64,000 bases of DNA from Octopus sinensis (GCF_006345805.1 NC_043003.1:6324001-6388000); one strand, 5' to 3'. Positions 12,141-24,917 are shown, counted from the stretch's first letter. Program-made: numbers and translations. The notes: generated by a model from the sequence alone, not told the origin.

Positions 12141-13298
12141 GTCAAAACAAACGGGAGAGGAAAACAGAGGCACAGAATTTATTCATTGCTAGAAATATGT
12201 TGCTTATTAACCACACAACCAGCAGACTTGCCGTTAAAGACATTCCTGTCATGACCATCCTGTCATTTTTTAAAGTCTATCTCAGTCTACATTACTCAGT
12301 GTGTTCTGTCGCTATTTGTTACGATTAGAAGAAGATTTGACTGCTGTTTCTAGGAAGTTTAGAAACATTCATTGACTGCAACAACAACAAAAATAACTAG
12401 TTTTTATTTAGGAATAAGGCCTGCAATGCTGATGGGGTTGGAGGGCATTAATCAATTACATTGAACCCCTCAGTATATAACTGGTATAAGGCGGCAAGCT
12501 GGCAGAAACGTTAGCACGCTGGGCGAAATACTTCGCAGTATTTCGTCTGCCGCGTTCTGAGTTCAAAATCCGCCGAGGTCGACTTTGCCTTTCATCCTTT
12601 CGGGGTCGATTAAATAAGTACCAGTTATGCACTGGGGTCGATGTAATCGACTTAATCCGTTTGTCTGTCCTTGTTTGTCTCCTCTGTGGGCAGTAAAGAA
12701 ATATATATATAGATACAACCACACATGACCCAAGAATGAGAGAGTGTGGGGAGAGTGGTACCATTAGCACTAACTGGAGTGGCACTTGTTTTGAGTTGAG
12801 TAGGCTGGAGCAGCATGAAAAGAAGAGACTTGCTCAAGGACACTATACACCGCAGTCGCGACTATAACGGAGCAACGAACTGAAGGGTTTATTATTATTA
12901 TTATTATTATTGTTGTTGTTGTTATTAAGGTGGCGAGCTGGCAGAATCGTTAACATGCCGTGTAAAATGCTTAGCGGCATTTCGTCCGCCTTACGTTCTG
13001 AGTTCAAATTCCACCGAGGTCGATTAAATAAGTACCAGTTACACACTGGGGGTTGATATAATCAACTTAATCCGTTTGTCCTTGTTTGTCCCTTCTGTGT
13101 TTAGCCCTTTGTGGGTAATAAAGAACTGGGTATTTCATCATCCCCAAAAAAGGGATCAAACATTAAACTGAACTCATCAAGACTTGAACTCAGGCTGTAG
13201 CAATGCAGAACCAAGACAGCAAGATATTTTCCCGATGCTCCACCGACTCAGCCAACCTGCTCAACTCCAGTTCACAAACAACAACTCAGTAAACTTAC

Positions 13299-13397
13299 CG
13301 TGATCTGCATCTTGTCAATGGCTTCAGTCTTTTCTCTGTTGTATTTGTAACTCTCCAGCATTGTGTGGTTCAGACTCTTCTTCAGCTCCGTATTCAT
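13299..13397 (-). CDS. CD151: Tetraspanin coding exon 4 (MNTELKKSLNHTMLESYKYNREKTEAIDKMQIT)
   Basis: 99 nt, phase 0/0, tgtgttttgtccag| and |gtaagt; EC2 helices ending in the D..Q motif before CCG. Confidence 0.92.
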
Positions 13398-13455
13398 CTG
13401 GACAAAACACAAACAAATAAACACAATTACAATTAACTGGGGAGGGGTTGTTGTA

Positions 13456-13499
<44 letters not shown>

Positions 13500-13500
13500 C

Positions 13501-13885
13501 ACTAGCAGTATCGCCCGGCGTTGCTCAGGTTTGTAAGGGAAATAACTATAAAGCATTTTTAGAGAGTTATAGCCAAAAAATAGCAAAAAAATGGAAAAAA
13601 ATGATGGTAAATTTTCTTTTTAGTTAAAAAAGGTGGAGTTGCGTCCCCTAGACAGTTTGCGGTTTGTGTTTCTGATTCTCGACCCCATGTCAAATTTATC
13701 GATTTTTTTCAGAACTGGGGGAACTTTTCAAAATTTTCGCTGCGTTAGTTTTGAATTATGACATTGGGCTATGTGTGTGTCAAGTTTCATCAGAATCGGT
13801 TGAAAGCCGTGGTCAGGGTGAGGGTACAAGCAAACAGACACACAGAAACACGCACAGACAAACTGCCGTTTATATAGAGAGAGAT
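13501..13885 (-). mobile_element. Helentron/DINE-1-like non-autonomous element
   Basis: One end ACTAGCAGTATCGCCCGGCGTTGCTCAGG (GC-rich subterminal motif), other end TATATAGAGAGAGAT; no TSD. Confidence 0.55.
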
Positions 13886-13898
13886 TATCATTGTTTAA

Positions 13899-14117
13899 CC
13901 CTTTAGTGTTCAGATTGTTGAATCAAACATAATGCTTATTGATTCCCATTGATTTGAATTAATCATGCATTATCTCATATCTTCAAGATCTTCATGGTGT
14001 AATTACTTAATGTAGAATAACATTGTAGGGTAGGTGTGAGAGCCTGGATCTGGTCAGTTTGAACATAAAACAGATTAACTATTTTGGCCGGATATGGCCG
14101 GTTTAAATACTAAAGGG
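13899..14117. mobile_element. TTAA-flanked MITE (piggyBac-type ends); second copy at 55710-55930
   Basis: TTAA|CCCTTTAGT...ACTAAAGGG|TTAA; the two copies share internal sequence. Confidence 0.75.
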
Positions 14118-14640
14118 TTAACGTTCACCTTCCAAGCTAGCATGGGTTGGACGTATGACTGAGGGCTGGCGAACCAGATGGCTACACCAGGCTCCAATCT
14201 TGATTTAGCAGAGTTTCTACAGCTGGATGCCCTTCCTGATGCCAACCACTCTGAGAGTGTAGTGGGTGCTTTTACGTGCCACCGGCACAGGGCCAGTCAG
14301 GCGGTACTGGCAACGACCTCGCTCGAATCTTTTACACATGTCACCAGCACAGGTGCCAGTAAGGCAATACTGGTAACGATCACGCTTGAATGGTGTCTTT
14401 TACGTGCCACCGGCACGGAGGCCAGATAGCCGCTCTGGCATCGATCATGCTCAGATGGTGCTCTTAATACCCTACTAGCACGGGGCTCGAGTGCCAGTAA
14501 GGCAACACTGGTAATGATCATGCTCGAATGGTGCCTTTTAAGTGTCACTGGCACTGAAGCCGGTTAGCTGCTCTGTCAATGATCACACTCATATGGTGCT
14601 CTTTGCACCCTGCTAGCATGAACACCAGTCATCGAATTTG

Positions 14641-14675
<35 letters not shown>

Positions 14676-15266
14676 TACATACATAGACTGCATACAATAT
14701 ATTTACAAGAAATTGGCACAGGGGCCAGGGGAAGCTGGCAATGGCCACGATCGGTTGGTGCTTTTTACGTGCCACTGGCACAGAAGCCAGTCAAGGCAGC
14801 ACTGGCATCAGCCACATACAGATGGTGCTTTTTGCATGCCACCGGCACAGGTGCCAGGGGAGGCTGGCAACGGCTACGATCGGTTGGTGCTTTTTACGTG
14901 CCACTATGTTACCATCATCATCATCATTACCATGGAAACAAGTAATGTAGAGAAATTTGCATAACATTCCAGAACTATAATTTTACTGTCAACTGAAACT
15001 AACTTTTCACATACGTAAATAATAAACCTAGAAACCATACATGTGCATATGCATGCACACTTGCATGCATATATATATATACATATATGTATACATGTGT
15101 AGCTATATGTCTGTGTGTCTCTATGTAAGTAATAATGCATGTAAACCTATTAAAGAAGGTGTGGCTTTGCTATGGAGGAAAGAAAAATCTCTTGGGTGTT
15201 TCCAGACTTGTGCGGTTACAGGGAGATACAAGTAGATGTGGGTGGGTGTATATATGCACACATGGT

Positions 15267-15307
<41 letters not shown>

Positions 15308-16212
15308 GGATGCTAAATGATGATGATGATGATGATAGATACATGTACACACACACACACACATAAATGTGTTTGTAAATTGATCAACATTTATGCATAA
15401 CACAGCAAATCTTAGAAAACCTAAAAATAATTTTAAACGGTTAAACTAAAGTTTTTAACTTTCCGCTGTGGGACTTTATGCAGATGTAAGTACATTTTGC
15501 TATTCTCTTTATACAGAGAAAAATAAAGGAGATTACCCAGAAATATTCAGTGGATCACTAGTCATGAGACAACCTGAATATTCCATGGATGCTATGGTGC
15601 AATGTATAGGGAAGATGGTTGATAGAGAGACATGGGGGCTCCACAAGAAGTAGGCTGGGTGCAGATGGGGATCTAAATAAGGCTTAATGAGTGAGAAACT
15701 GGTATTTATATATTTCGTTTTGGATTTGGTTTGCAAGATTCTTTATGTGAGTTCATGTGTTGAAGCATATTGTGTTGTGTTTGGAGAGAGTCATTTTCTT
15801 TTTGTGCCTTTATTGAAAAGGATGCAAGACGCAACGAAAATTTTAGAAAAATAAAAAAGAAATAAATGGAAATTTTACCGTGAGGGTGTTAAATTATAAG
15901 GCACTAAAAGAGGATGACTCTCCCCAGACACAACAGGTATTTAAGGCGGCGAGCTGGCAGAAATGTTAGCACGTCGGGCGAAATGCTTAGCAGTATTTCG
16001 TCTGCGTTACATTGTGAGTTCGAATTCCGCCGAGGTCGACTTTGCCTCTCATTCTTTCGCACTGGGGTCAATGTAATCGACTTAATACCTATGTCTGTCC
16101 TTGTTTGTCCCTTCTGTGTTTAGCCCCTTGTGGGTAATAAAGAAATAGGTATTTATATATGTATATGTGTGTATATATATAATTTTGGTGATCAGTGAAT
16201 AAATTTCATTGA

Positions 16213-16244
<32 letters not shown>

Positions 16245-17459
16245 GAAGCCTAGACAAGTATCTTCAGCTAGCAGGCCATGCTACTCTAGACTGATGATGA
16301 ACAAAGACTCAAAAACATGTATGTCTCTAGATGCAGGCCTAGCTGAGTTGCTATGGGAACTGCCAGCTGACCAATTTTAATAATGATGTTTAGTGTGAAA
16401 GAAGGTTTAAGCCCGTAACCTTCACAGCCCTCCACCATCAGCAAGACCAACAGGACCAACATTTCTCTTGAGCAACTGTAAGTTGGTCATTGTAAAAGAA
16501 CCAAATAGAGGTGAGAATTCCAGAAGGGATGACATTCTGGGGAAGAAGGATTGACCAGAGGATGCAAGAGGGAAGAGAGATGTAAGGGTGGGGGGGCATG
16601 ATACCAGCTATTTCTGGAAAACAGAGGCCATTGTAGTAGCAGTTTGTTTGTTTGTTGAGCGCAGCAGTCTTCATCCCAGAGCTCGCAAGATCGCGCCTCT
16701 GTAGTGGGAGATGTCCGAAATGTGGTCCTTTGCTATTCGTAAGACCCGCAGAAGAGAAAGCAGGTCAACCCCCGACACCAAGAGCATCAACGGCTGGATG
16801 AATGCGCATCCAGGCTCAGCGGTTGCGTAGGAAGTTGGGGGGACAAGAAACAGGAAGAAAGAGTGAGAGAAAGTTGGAGCGAAAGTGTACAACAGGGGTC
16901 GCCACCACCCCCTGCCAGAGCCTCGTGGAGCTTTAGGTGTTTTCGCTCAATAAACACACACAACGCCCGGTCTGGGAATCAAAACCGCGAGTCCACTGCC
17001 CTAACCACTGGGCCATTGCGCCCCCACTATAGTAGCAGTATAAGAAGAGGGAAGAGACTGTGTGACTACAGCTATGTTACCATGGAAACAAGTAATGTAG
17101 AGAAATTTGCATAACATTCCAGAACTATAATTTTGTCAACTGAAACTAACTTTTCACACACACACACATGTTCAAACTTTATTTACTTCATACGTAAATA
17201 ATAAACCTAGAAACCATACATGTGCGTACGCATGCACACTTGCATACATATATGTATACATGTGTAGCTATATGTCTGTGTGTCTCTATGTCAGTAATAA
17301 TATATGTTTATGCATGTAAGTAATAATGCATGTAAACCTATTAAAGAAGGTGTGGCTTTGCTATGGAGGAAAGAAAAATCTCTTGGGTGTTTCCAGACTT
17401 GTGCGGTTACAGGGAGATACAAGTAGATGTGTGTGTGTATGTGTGTGTATATATGTGTA

Positions 17460-17499
<40 letters not shown>

Positions 17500-17513
17500 C
17501 ACTCAAAATAAGC

Positions 17514-17832
17514 AACAAGTATATCTTCGGTAATTCGGTACGATCGTTTCATGCTACTTCATTTTATTAAACATTGTAAGTATTGCATCAGTTTTAAAAT
17601 GTTGAGCAATCTTCAGCCATTTATAGAAGTGTTCCATCAAACAGACAATACATATACTTATTTCTATTTCGTTTGGAAATGGAAATAAGTATATGTATTG
17701 TCTGTTTGATGGAACACTTCTATAAATGGCTGAAGATTGCTCAACATTTTAAAACTGATGTAATACTTACAATGTTTAATAAAATGAAGTAGCATGAAAC
17801 GATCGTACCAAATTACAGAAGATATACTTGTT
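17514..17832. mobile_element. 319-bp near-perfect palindrome, probably an inverted Penelope-like terminal-repeat remnant
   Basis: Arms 17514-17664 and 17682-17832 with few mismatches and a 17-nt centre; absent from the paralogous duplicated segment at ~15300, so a later insertion. Confidence 0.7.
17727..17810 (+). ncRNA. Type I hammerhead ribozyme motif with extended stem II; mirror copy on - at 17536-17619
   Basis: TGG-CTGAAGA (17730-17736); stem II TGCT/AGCA, CATTTTA/TAAAATG, AAAC/GTTT, TGTAA/TTACA; GAAAC-GATC-GTA (17796-17807, palindromic ACGATCGT); CCA. Stem I is only 3 bp and the 10.1/11.1 position is a T-T mismatch. Confidence 0.5.
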
Positions 17833-18860
17833 TTGATTATAATCACCCCATGGATTTATATGGATAATACCATACAAAATTCTGATGCCTCTGACTTAAG
17901 TACCATATTCATCTGAATCTAAATTTTGCTGAACTTATATATATATATGGATGTTAAATGATGATCATGACGATGATGATGATGATGATGATAGATATAT
18001 GTACACACACACACATAAATGTGTGTGTAAATTTATCAACATTTATGCATAACACAGCAAATCTTAGGAAACCTAAAAATAATTTTAAACGGTTAAACTA
18101 AAGTTTTTAACTTTCCGCTGTGGGACTTTATGCAGATGTAAGTACATTTTGCTATTCTCTTTGTACAGAGAAAAATAAAGGAGATTACCCAGAAATATTC
18201 ATGAGACTACCTGAATATTCCATGGATGCTATGGAGCAGTGAATAGGGAAGATGGTTGATAGAGAGACATGGGGGTGCCACAAAAAGTAGGCTGGGTGCT
18301 GATGGGGATCTAAATAAGGCTTAATGAATGAGAAACCAGGGAGGTATCTTATACAGCCCTATCTCCATATCTATTTCTCATTTCAGCATTCTTTACATCA
18401 TGCTATCACTGGTAGAGGATTCTTCTCCACACCGCATGTTGCCTATCATCATCATCATCTTTGTTAGATCCCACAGCTTCCAGTCAGTCTCGACAACTTT
18501 GTCCTATGTCTTCCACACTTCACACAGCCGTTACCCCCACCAATCCATACACACACACATACTACCAACACAAACCTCCTTTCTCTTTTACCATATCCAT
18601 TTCTTTACATCCAGTTCTTCTCTCTCACAATCTTCGTTTCCCTGTCAACTTTACACATCCAATGGAGAAACGGATGTTTCCTTCTCCTCTTCCCAAATCA
18701 CCTGCAATCAAGGCCCATGTTTCACTACTCCACAGTATTACCCCTACAAACAGATATTGCAGACACTGAGATCATACCAAGCAAACACAACATCTTGTTA
18801 AATCACAAGATTTAAATGTGTGAACAACAGTTTTGTTTCATAAATATTTACAACTACTAC

Positions 18861-18901
<41 letters not shown>

Positions 18902-18940
18902 TTATTATTATCAGACAAAGTGAAGAGCGCGATGCATCAA

Positions 18941-19455
18941 CATCATCATCATCATCGTTTAACATCCGTTTTCCATGCTGGCATGGGTTGGACGGTTTGA
19001 CTGGAGTCTGGGAAGCCAGGAGGCTGCACCAGGCTCCAATCTGATCTGGCAGTATTTCTACAGCTGGATGCCCTTCCTAACACCAACCACTCTGTGAGTG
19101 TAATGCATGCTTTTTACGTGCCACCAGCACAGGCGCCAGGGGAGGCTGGCAACGGCCACGATCGGACGGTGCTTTTTACGTGCCACCAGCACGGAAGCCA
19201 GTCAAGGCGGCACTCGCATCGGCCACGTTCGGATGGTGCTTTTTACGTGCCACCAGCACAGGTACCACAACTACAATTTCCATTTGATTTTCATTTTGAT
19301 GTTGATGTACTTAACTCAATAGGTCTCCTCAAGCACAGCAGGTCGCCCTATGATCCAAGGTACTTTTGAATGGGCTGGGGCTGGTTATGTGAGACTGGTG
19401 GTAGCGGAAACTGTGGAAGTGGAAGCTATCAACTACTTCTAGTTTCTTCCCCTGG
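18941..19455 (-). mobile_element. Internally deleted RTE copy (3'UTR joined to a short RT C-terminal piece), fused 5'-to-5' with the + copy
   Basis: (CAT)n tail at 18941; the reverse complement of 19400-19455 encodes QGKKLEVVDS..SFRY and then jumps to the 3'UTR. Confidence 0.75.
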
Positions 19456-21620
19456 TAGCCCAACAGCTGGCTATGTGGGCTATGGCCTAGTCACCCGCAT
19501 TGTAAACCAGGTAGTTCATAATGGAGTCATACCCAATGACTGGCGTAGCAGTACTATAGTCAACTGCTACAAGGGTAAGGGTGATGCTCTAGATAGAAAT
19601 AACTACAGGGGTATCAAACTGTTGGATCAGGTGATGAAGGTCACAGAGAGGGTCATAACCCATCTCATTAGGGAGAGAATTTGCTTAGATGAGATGCAGT
19701 TCGCTTTTGTGCCGGGTAGAAGCACCACTGTTGCTATATTCCTGGTCCGACAACTGCAGGAAAAGTACCTAGCTAAAGATAAACCCCTCTACATAGCTTT
19801 TGTGGACTTGGAGAAAGCCTTTGACAGGGTTCCCCGTTCCCTTATCTGGTGGTCGATGCGGAAACTGGAGATTGACGAATGGCTAATAAGGGCTGTACAG
19901 GCTCTATACAGAGAGGCTGTCAGCAAGGTTAGGATTGGCAACGAATATAGTGAAAAATTCCGGGTAGAAGTAGGTGTGCACCAAGGCTCAGCCCTCAGTC
20001 CCCTTTTATTCATCATAGTCCTCCAGGCAATAACAGAGGAATTCAAAACAGAATGCCCCTGGGAGCTCCTCTATGCTGATGACCTGGCTCTCATAGCAGA
20101 ATCACTACCGGAACTAGAAAAGAAATTTTGGGTGTGGAAGCAAGGGTTAGAATCAAAGGGCCTTAGAGTAAATGTAGCAAAGACCAAAGTTATAGTAAGC
20201 AGAAAGGTGAACTCAGCACACACCCCCTCAGGCAGGTGGCCCTGCTCGATCTGTAGGAAAGGTGTAGGTAGAAACTCCATAAGATGCACCTAATGTAAGC
20301 TATGGACGCACAAGAGGTGCAGCAACATTAAAGGGAAATTAACAGGTAAGATAGCTTTCATGTGCGACAGATGCACAGGGACAATAGACACCACAGACAC
20401 TCAGAAATCAGATTCCATCACACTCCAGGGAGAGAAACTAGAAGTAGTTGATAGTTTCCGCTACCTGGGTGACCAAGTTAGTAGTGGAGGTGGATGCACA
20501 GAGAGTATCACCACTAGAATAAGAATAGCCTGGGCAAAGTTCAGAAAGCTCCTACTCCTACTGGCGACAAAGGGTCTCTCGCTCAGATCGAAAGGTAGAT
20601 TGTATGATAAATGTGTGCGAACTGCCATGCTTCACGGTAGTGAAACATGGGCTGTGACTGCAGAGGACATGCGTAGACTTGAAAGAAATGAAGCTAGCAT
20701 GATCCGCTGGATGTGTAATGTCAGTGTGCACGCACGACAGAGTGTAAGCACCCCGAGAGAAATGCTGGATATAAGAAGCATCAGATGTGGTGTGCAAGAG
20801 CAACGCTTGCGATGGTATGGTCATGTACTGCGGATGGATGAGGAGAGATGTGTGAAGAAGTGCCACTCCCAAACAGTTGAAGGTATCAGGGGGAGAGGTA
20901 GACCCAGGAAGACATGGGATGAAGTAGTCAAGCATGACCTCAGAGTGTTGGGCCTCACTGAGGCAATGGCGAAGGACCGAGATCTCTGGAGATTTGTTGT
21001 GACTGCAAAGACCCGGGCTGCTTCCTGCATCAGTTCCGCGTAGCCCCTGCCCATTCAAAGTACCCTGGATCCCAGAACATCCCGCTGTGCTTGAGGAGAC
21101 CTGTTGAGTCAAGTACATGAACGTTGAAATAAATATCAATGGAAATAGTAGTTGTGATGCCTGTGCCGGTGGCACATAAAAAGCACTATCCAACGTGGCC
21201 GATGCCAGCGCCGCCCCGACTGGCTTCTGTGCCGGTGGGACATAAAAAGCACCATCCGAACGTGGCTGATGCCAGTGCCGCTCCAACTGGCTTCTGTGCC
21301 GGTGGCACATAAAAAGCACCATCCGAACGTTGCCAGCGCCACCTTGGCTGGCTTCCATGCCACTGGCACGTTAAAAGCTCCAACCGATCGCGGCCGATGC
21401 TGGACCCCCCCCCCTGGCACCTGTGCAGGTGGCACGTAAAAAGCACCCACTACACTCGCGGAGTGGTTGGCGTTAGGAAGGACATCCAGCCGTAGAAACA
21501 CTACCAGATCAGACTGGAGCCTGGTGCAGCCTCCATGGCTTCCCAGACCCCAGTCAAACCGTCCAACCCATGCTAGCATGGAAAGCAGACGTTAAATGAT
21601 GATGAGGATGATGATGATGA
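19456..21620 (+). mobile_element. 5'-truncated RTE-clade LINE (RT domain through 3'UTR and (GAT)n tail)
   Basis: ORFs 19370-20293 and 20360-21043 are in frame with one TAA at 20291 (CAG in the 38.1-kb copy); motifs AFVDLEKAFDRVP, GVHQGSALSP, LLYADD, RLRWYGHV, RGRGRPRKTW. Confidence 0.95.
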
Positions 21621-21881
21621 TGAAAAGATTTTATGTGTGCCCCCTCCACCTCTTTAAACCCTTTTCTTACCCTTCTACTAAAACAAATTCTCAGCTGAAC
21701 AGTCTCAAATTTTTTTTGGAAATAATTGCAAATTTGGAAGTGTTTAACAAAAATGCCTCACTGTTGTTGTTAATTGCTCTGTAAGAAACTTAAAAGCAAA
21801 ACACACACACACACACACACACACTGTGTATGTGCATGTATGTAGAATGAGGGTGAAAAAGAAGAACATGTTATACTTTAC

Positions 21882-21956
21882 CGAGTCACCATACATACAG
21901 GCCACCGTTCCAGCTATGACCTCCAGGAGGAAAATGACCAAAAGGAACATAGAGTA
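21882..21956 (-). CDS. CD151: Tetraspanin coding exon 3 (YSMFLLVIFLLEVIAGTVACMYGDS)
   Basis: 75 nt, phase 0/0, tttcttattttcag| and |gtaaag; TM3 with the conserved intramembrane Glu. Confidence 0.93.
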
Positions 21957-22068
21957 CTGAAAATAAGAAATACAATGGTAACTGTTAGAGTGGTGGTGGT
22001 GGCTACAGTGTTGCTGTGTGTGTATTTATATGCATGTGCCTCTGTGTGTGTGTGTGTGTGTATCTATA

Positions 22069-22113
<45 letters not shown>

Positions 22114-22629
22114 GTAGGCGGCGAGCTGGCAGAAACGTTAGCATGCCAGGTGAAATGCGTAGCCGTATTTCGTCTGCTGTTACGTTCTGAGTTCAAATTC
22201 TGCTGAGGTTGACTTTGCCTTTCATCCTTTCGGGGTCGATAAATAAAGTACCAGTTATGCACTGGGGTCGATGTAATCGACTTAATCCGTTTGTCTGTCC
22301 TTGTTTGTCCCCTCTGTGTTTAGCCCCTTGTGGGTAATAAATATATATATGTATGGTGCTTTTTACGTGCCACCGAACAATAAAGAAGTAATACTGAACC
22401 AGTGCATGTGTCTTCGTTATTATTACTTTAATGTCCCTCCCAAGACACAACAATATATAAAATGGGCTTCTTTCAGTTTCCACCAAACAAATCCACTCAC
22501 AAGGTTCTGATCAAACCAGGGCTATAGTAGAAGACACTTGCCCAAGGTGCCATGCAGTGGGACTGAACATGGGACCACATGGTTGGGAAGCAAATTTTTT
22601 ATCCACACAACCATGCCTGAGCCTACATA

Positions 22630-23600
22630 CGTTTTGGCTCCCTAAGAGGGCAACACACATCTCGAGGTACAACAGAAGACAAACTAACCCAATGCGTATT
22701 ACACAATTTATTTGTGGAAAGCTGATGATTTACTGAGACCATATTATGATAACGAGCTAAACAGTCTGTTTGGAAGAACTTTCGGGCCAGGGCCAATGGA
22801 TAATTTCCAAAGGTCCTTCGTCTGGCAGTGCTAACGAGGGACTCTGCCTGTTTGAGATAAACTCTACCGGCACGGAAGTGCCGTCAGCCAAGCCTGCCTG
22901 AGGTGCGCCCAGGACAACGAAACTGTTCTGCACGCACTCGTCCAGTGCCCAAGTATTGTTGAACTATGGGTTTATGTCGAACAGCTACTGTCGCATACAG
23001 GACGGATCCAGCTATCAGCTGAATCCATAGTGAAGACTGCCCCACCGACCTCCTTTAACAAGGGGGGCAAGGCAGTTTTCCTTTGCCTAGTGGTTGTAGC
23101 GAAAGAGGTGATATGGTGGACCCGTTTGAAAGGACTAAGGTCAGACACTTTCCTCTTTGGCCAAGGCCTCATCAACTTTTTCAAGTTTCACTTGAAAAGG
23201 AAGATGAGAGTAGAGAGGGAAGTGCTGTCTTGTAGCAAATTCATTGAAAGGTGGGTGAATGTCGGAAGAATGGCCAGTATGAACGGACCACTTCTGAGGA
23301 TACACCTGTGAAAATTAAAAGGTAATATATAAGGAGAAAGGGGCTCTCTACCCCACTTTTGACCAGGCTCCCGTAGTTTTTATGGGCTTTTCCACAAGTA
23401 ACCTTTTGAAGCGATCCCCCTACTGGGAGTTTTACTTTGTTATATATTTTCGTTGTTATCTTGCATTTTTACACGGACCCTTTTCAAACGGACAAAACCC
23501 TTTTTGTAACTTTCGTCCTGTGTTTTGTTCCTTTATGTTTTATTTGATTTTTGTTAGCCCTTGTGGCCAATAAACGAACGAATTATTATTATTATTATGA
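22630..23600 (+). mobile_element. Tx1/L1-clade LINE 3' fragment
   Basis: LYRHGSAVSQACLRCAQDNETVLHALVQCP (CCHC zinc knuckle after RT), then KEVIWWTRLKG...FHLKRK...RW; 3'UTR with AATAAA at ~23568 and a simple-repeat tail. Confidence 0.8.
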
Positions 23601-23735
23601 TCATCATCATCATCATCATTATTATTATTGACCTCCTCACCACAGGGTTGTCCGTATTGAAAATATTTCAGCAGTGACCAAGAGAATCATTAGCTTTGAA
23701 CAACTACACTAGAGAGAGACAGACAGACAGACAGA

Positions 23736-23815
<80 letters not shown>

Positions 23816-23861
23816 TGTGTGTGTGTGAAGGAAAGAGAGAAATCAGAGCAAGGCTACTCAC

Positions 23862-24053
23862 AATCAATAAAAGCAAGGTAGCATTGTTAATGGCACCGAT
23901 ACATCCAAGGAGACCAATGACCAATATGCTGGCACCAGCAGCTATCAGGAGGTAGGTGGCCACAGGGAAGGAGTTGTTGTCCAGCAGTTCGATATAATGG
24001 TGTTTCTCTCGCACCAGCCAGATTCCTATTACCAATAACACAATGCCGGATAT
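23862..24053 (-). CDS. CD151: Tetraspanin coding exon 2 (64 aa, ISGIVLLVIGIW...LGCIGAINNATLLLLI)
   Basis: 192 nt, phase 0/0, cag| and |gtgagt; TM2 with the GxxGCxGA tetraspanin signature. Confidence 0.93.
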
Positions 24054-24917
24054 CTGCAATTGGATACAACAACATCATCATCATCGTCATACACTATGCA
24101 ATCAAGTTACAGCATCATCATCAATATCAAACCATACCTGCATGTTGATGATGATGACTATTATCATCATTATCATGACCAGAATAACCTGTTACTAGCC
24201 GACAGAACTTTCTAAATGGCACCCCTAAATGATAAATCACCTTGAATATTTTAGTGGTGCAGTCCACCAGATGGAGAGCCATGTCTCATGGGGACCACTT
24301 TTTGAAAAAGCTTACTCATGCCTCAGCCATACCCTCCTCATCATCATCGTCATCATGACCATCATCATCATCACCATCACCATGACCATCATCATCATCA
24401 TCATCATCCTCTTCAACATGCTGACATGAGTGATGCTGTGTCTGCAGCACCATCAATCATTAGACATCAGAAATTATTTTGCAATTCTTCTTCACCCTCA
24501 CATCTGACCCCCATCACTTCTTTCACATCTAGCTTTTACTCTGGGTAGAGGGGGTCTAACAACAACAACCTACAGTCACACACACACACTGCCACCACCC
24601 CTACACATCCAACACTCACCCTCCACTTACATCAGTTCACATCTTTTATACCAAGCCATGCTACCAACTTTACATTCCACCCCTAGGGTCAAAGGTCATC
24701 TTTCAGATATAACACTGGGTCATTGGCAGCCTTTCATAGAATTTCCTCTTGGAATCAGTTAGACTGTCTCCGACAACATTCTGCTGACCTTCAAATACCC
24801 GACCTGGATATTGACCCCATCAATATGTCTAATGTCCAGTAAAGACTGGACATTAACCATAGCCATAAGGAAGAATGGATGCAAAACAAATAAACACACA
24901 TATTATACATACAACAT

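Larger units (their letters stand above)
14926..18336 (+). repeat. Local direct duplication of ~0.8 kb (copy A 14926-15700; copy B 17076-18336 with a ~450-bp insertion)
   Basis: Shared unique sequence from ttaccatggaaacaagtaatgtagag to taaataaggcttaatga; the ORF track shows repeated peptides (TMETSNVEKFA, MHVNLLKKVWLCYGG). Confidence 0.9.

Noticed and set aside
16264-16346. Fourth hammerhead (CTGATGA at 16291 within a small inverted repeat)
   Set aside because: GAAA is replaced by AAAA, stem II is unpaired and stem I is not contiguous; at most a decayed relic.
18328-18801. 157-aa ORF in a tetraspanin intron
   Set aside because: Pyrimidine-biased low-complexity sequence with no family resemblance.
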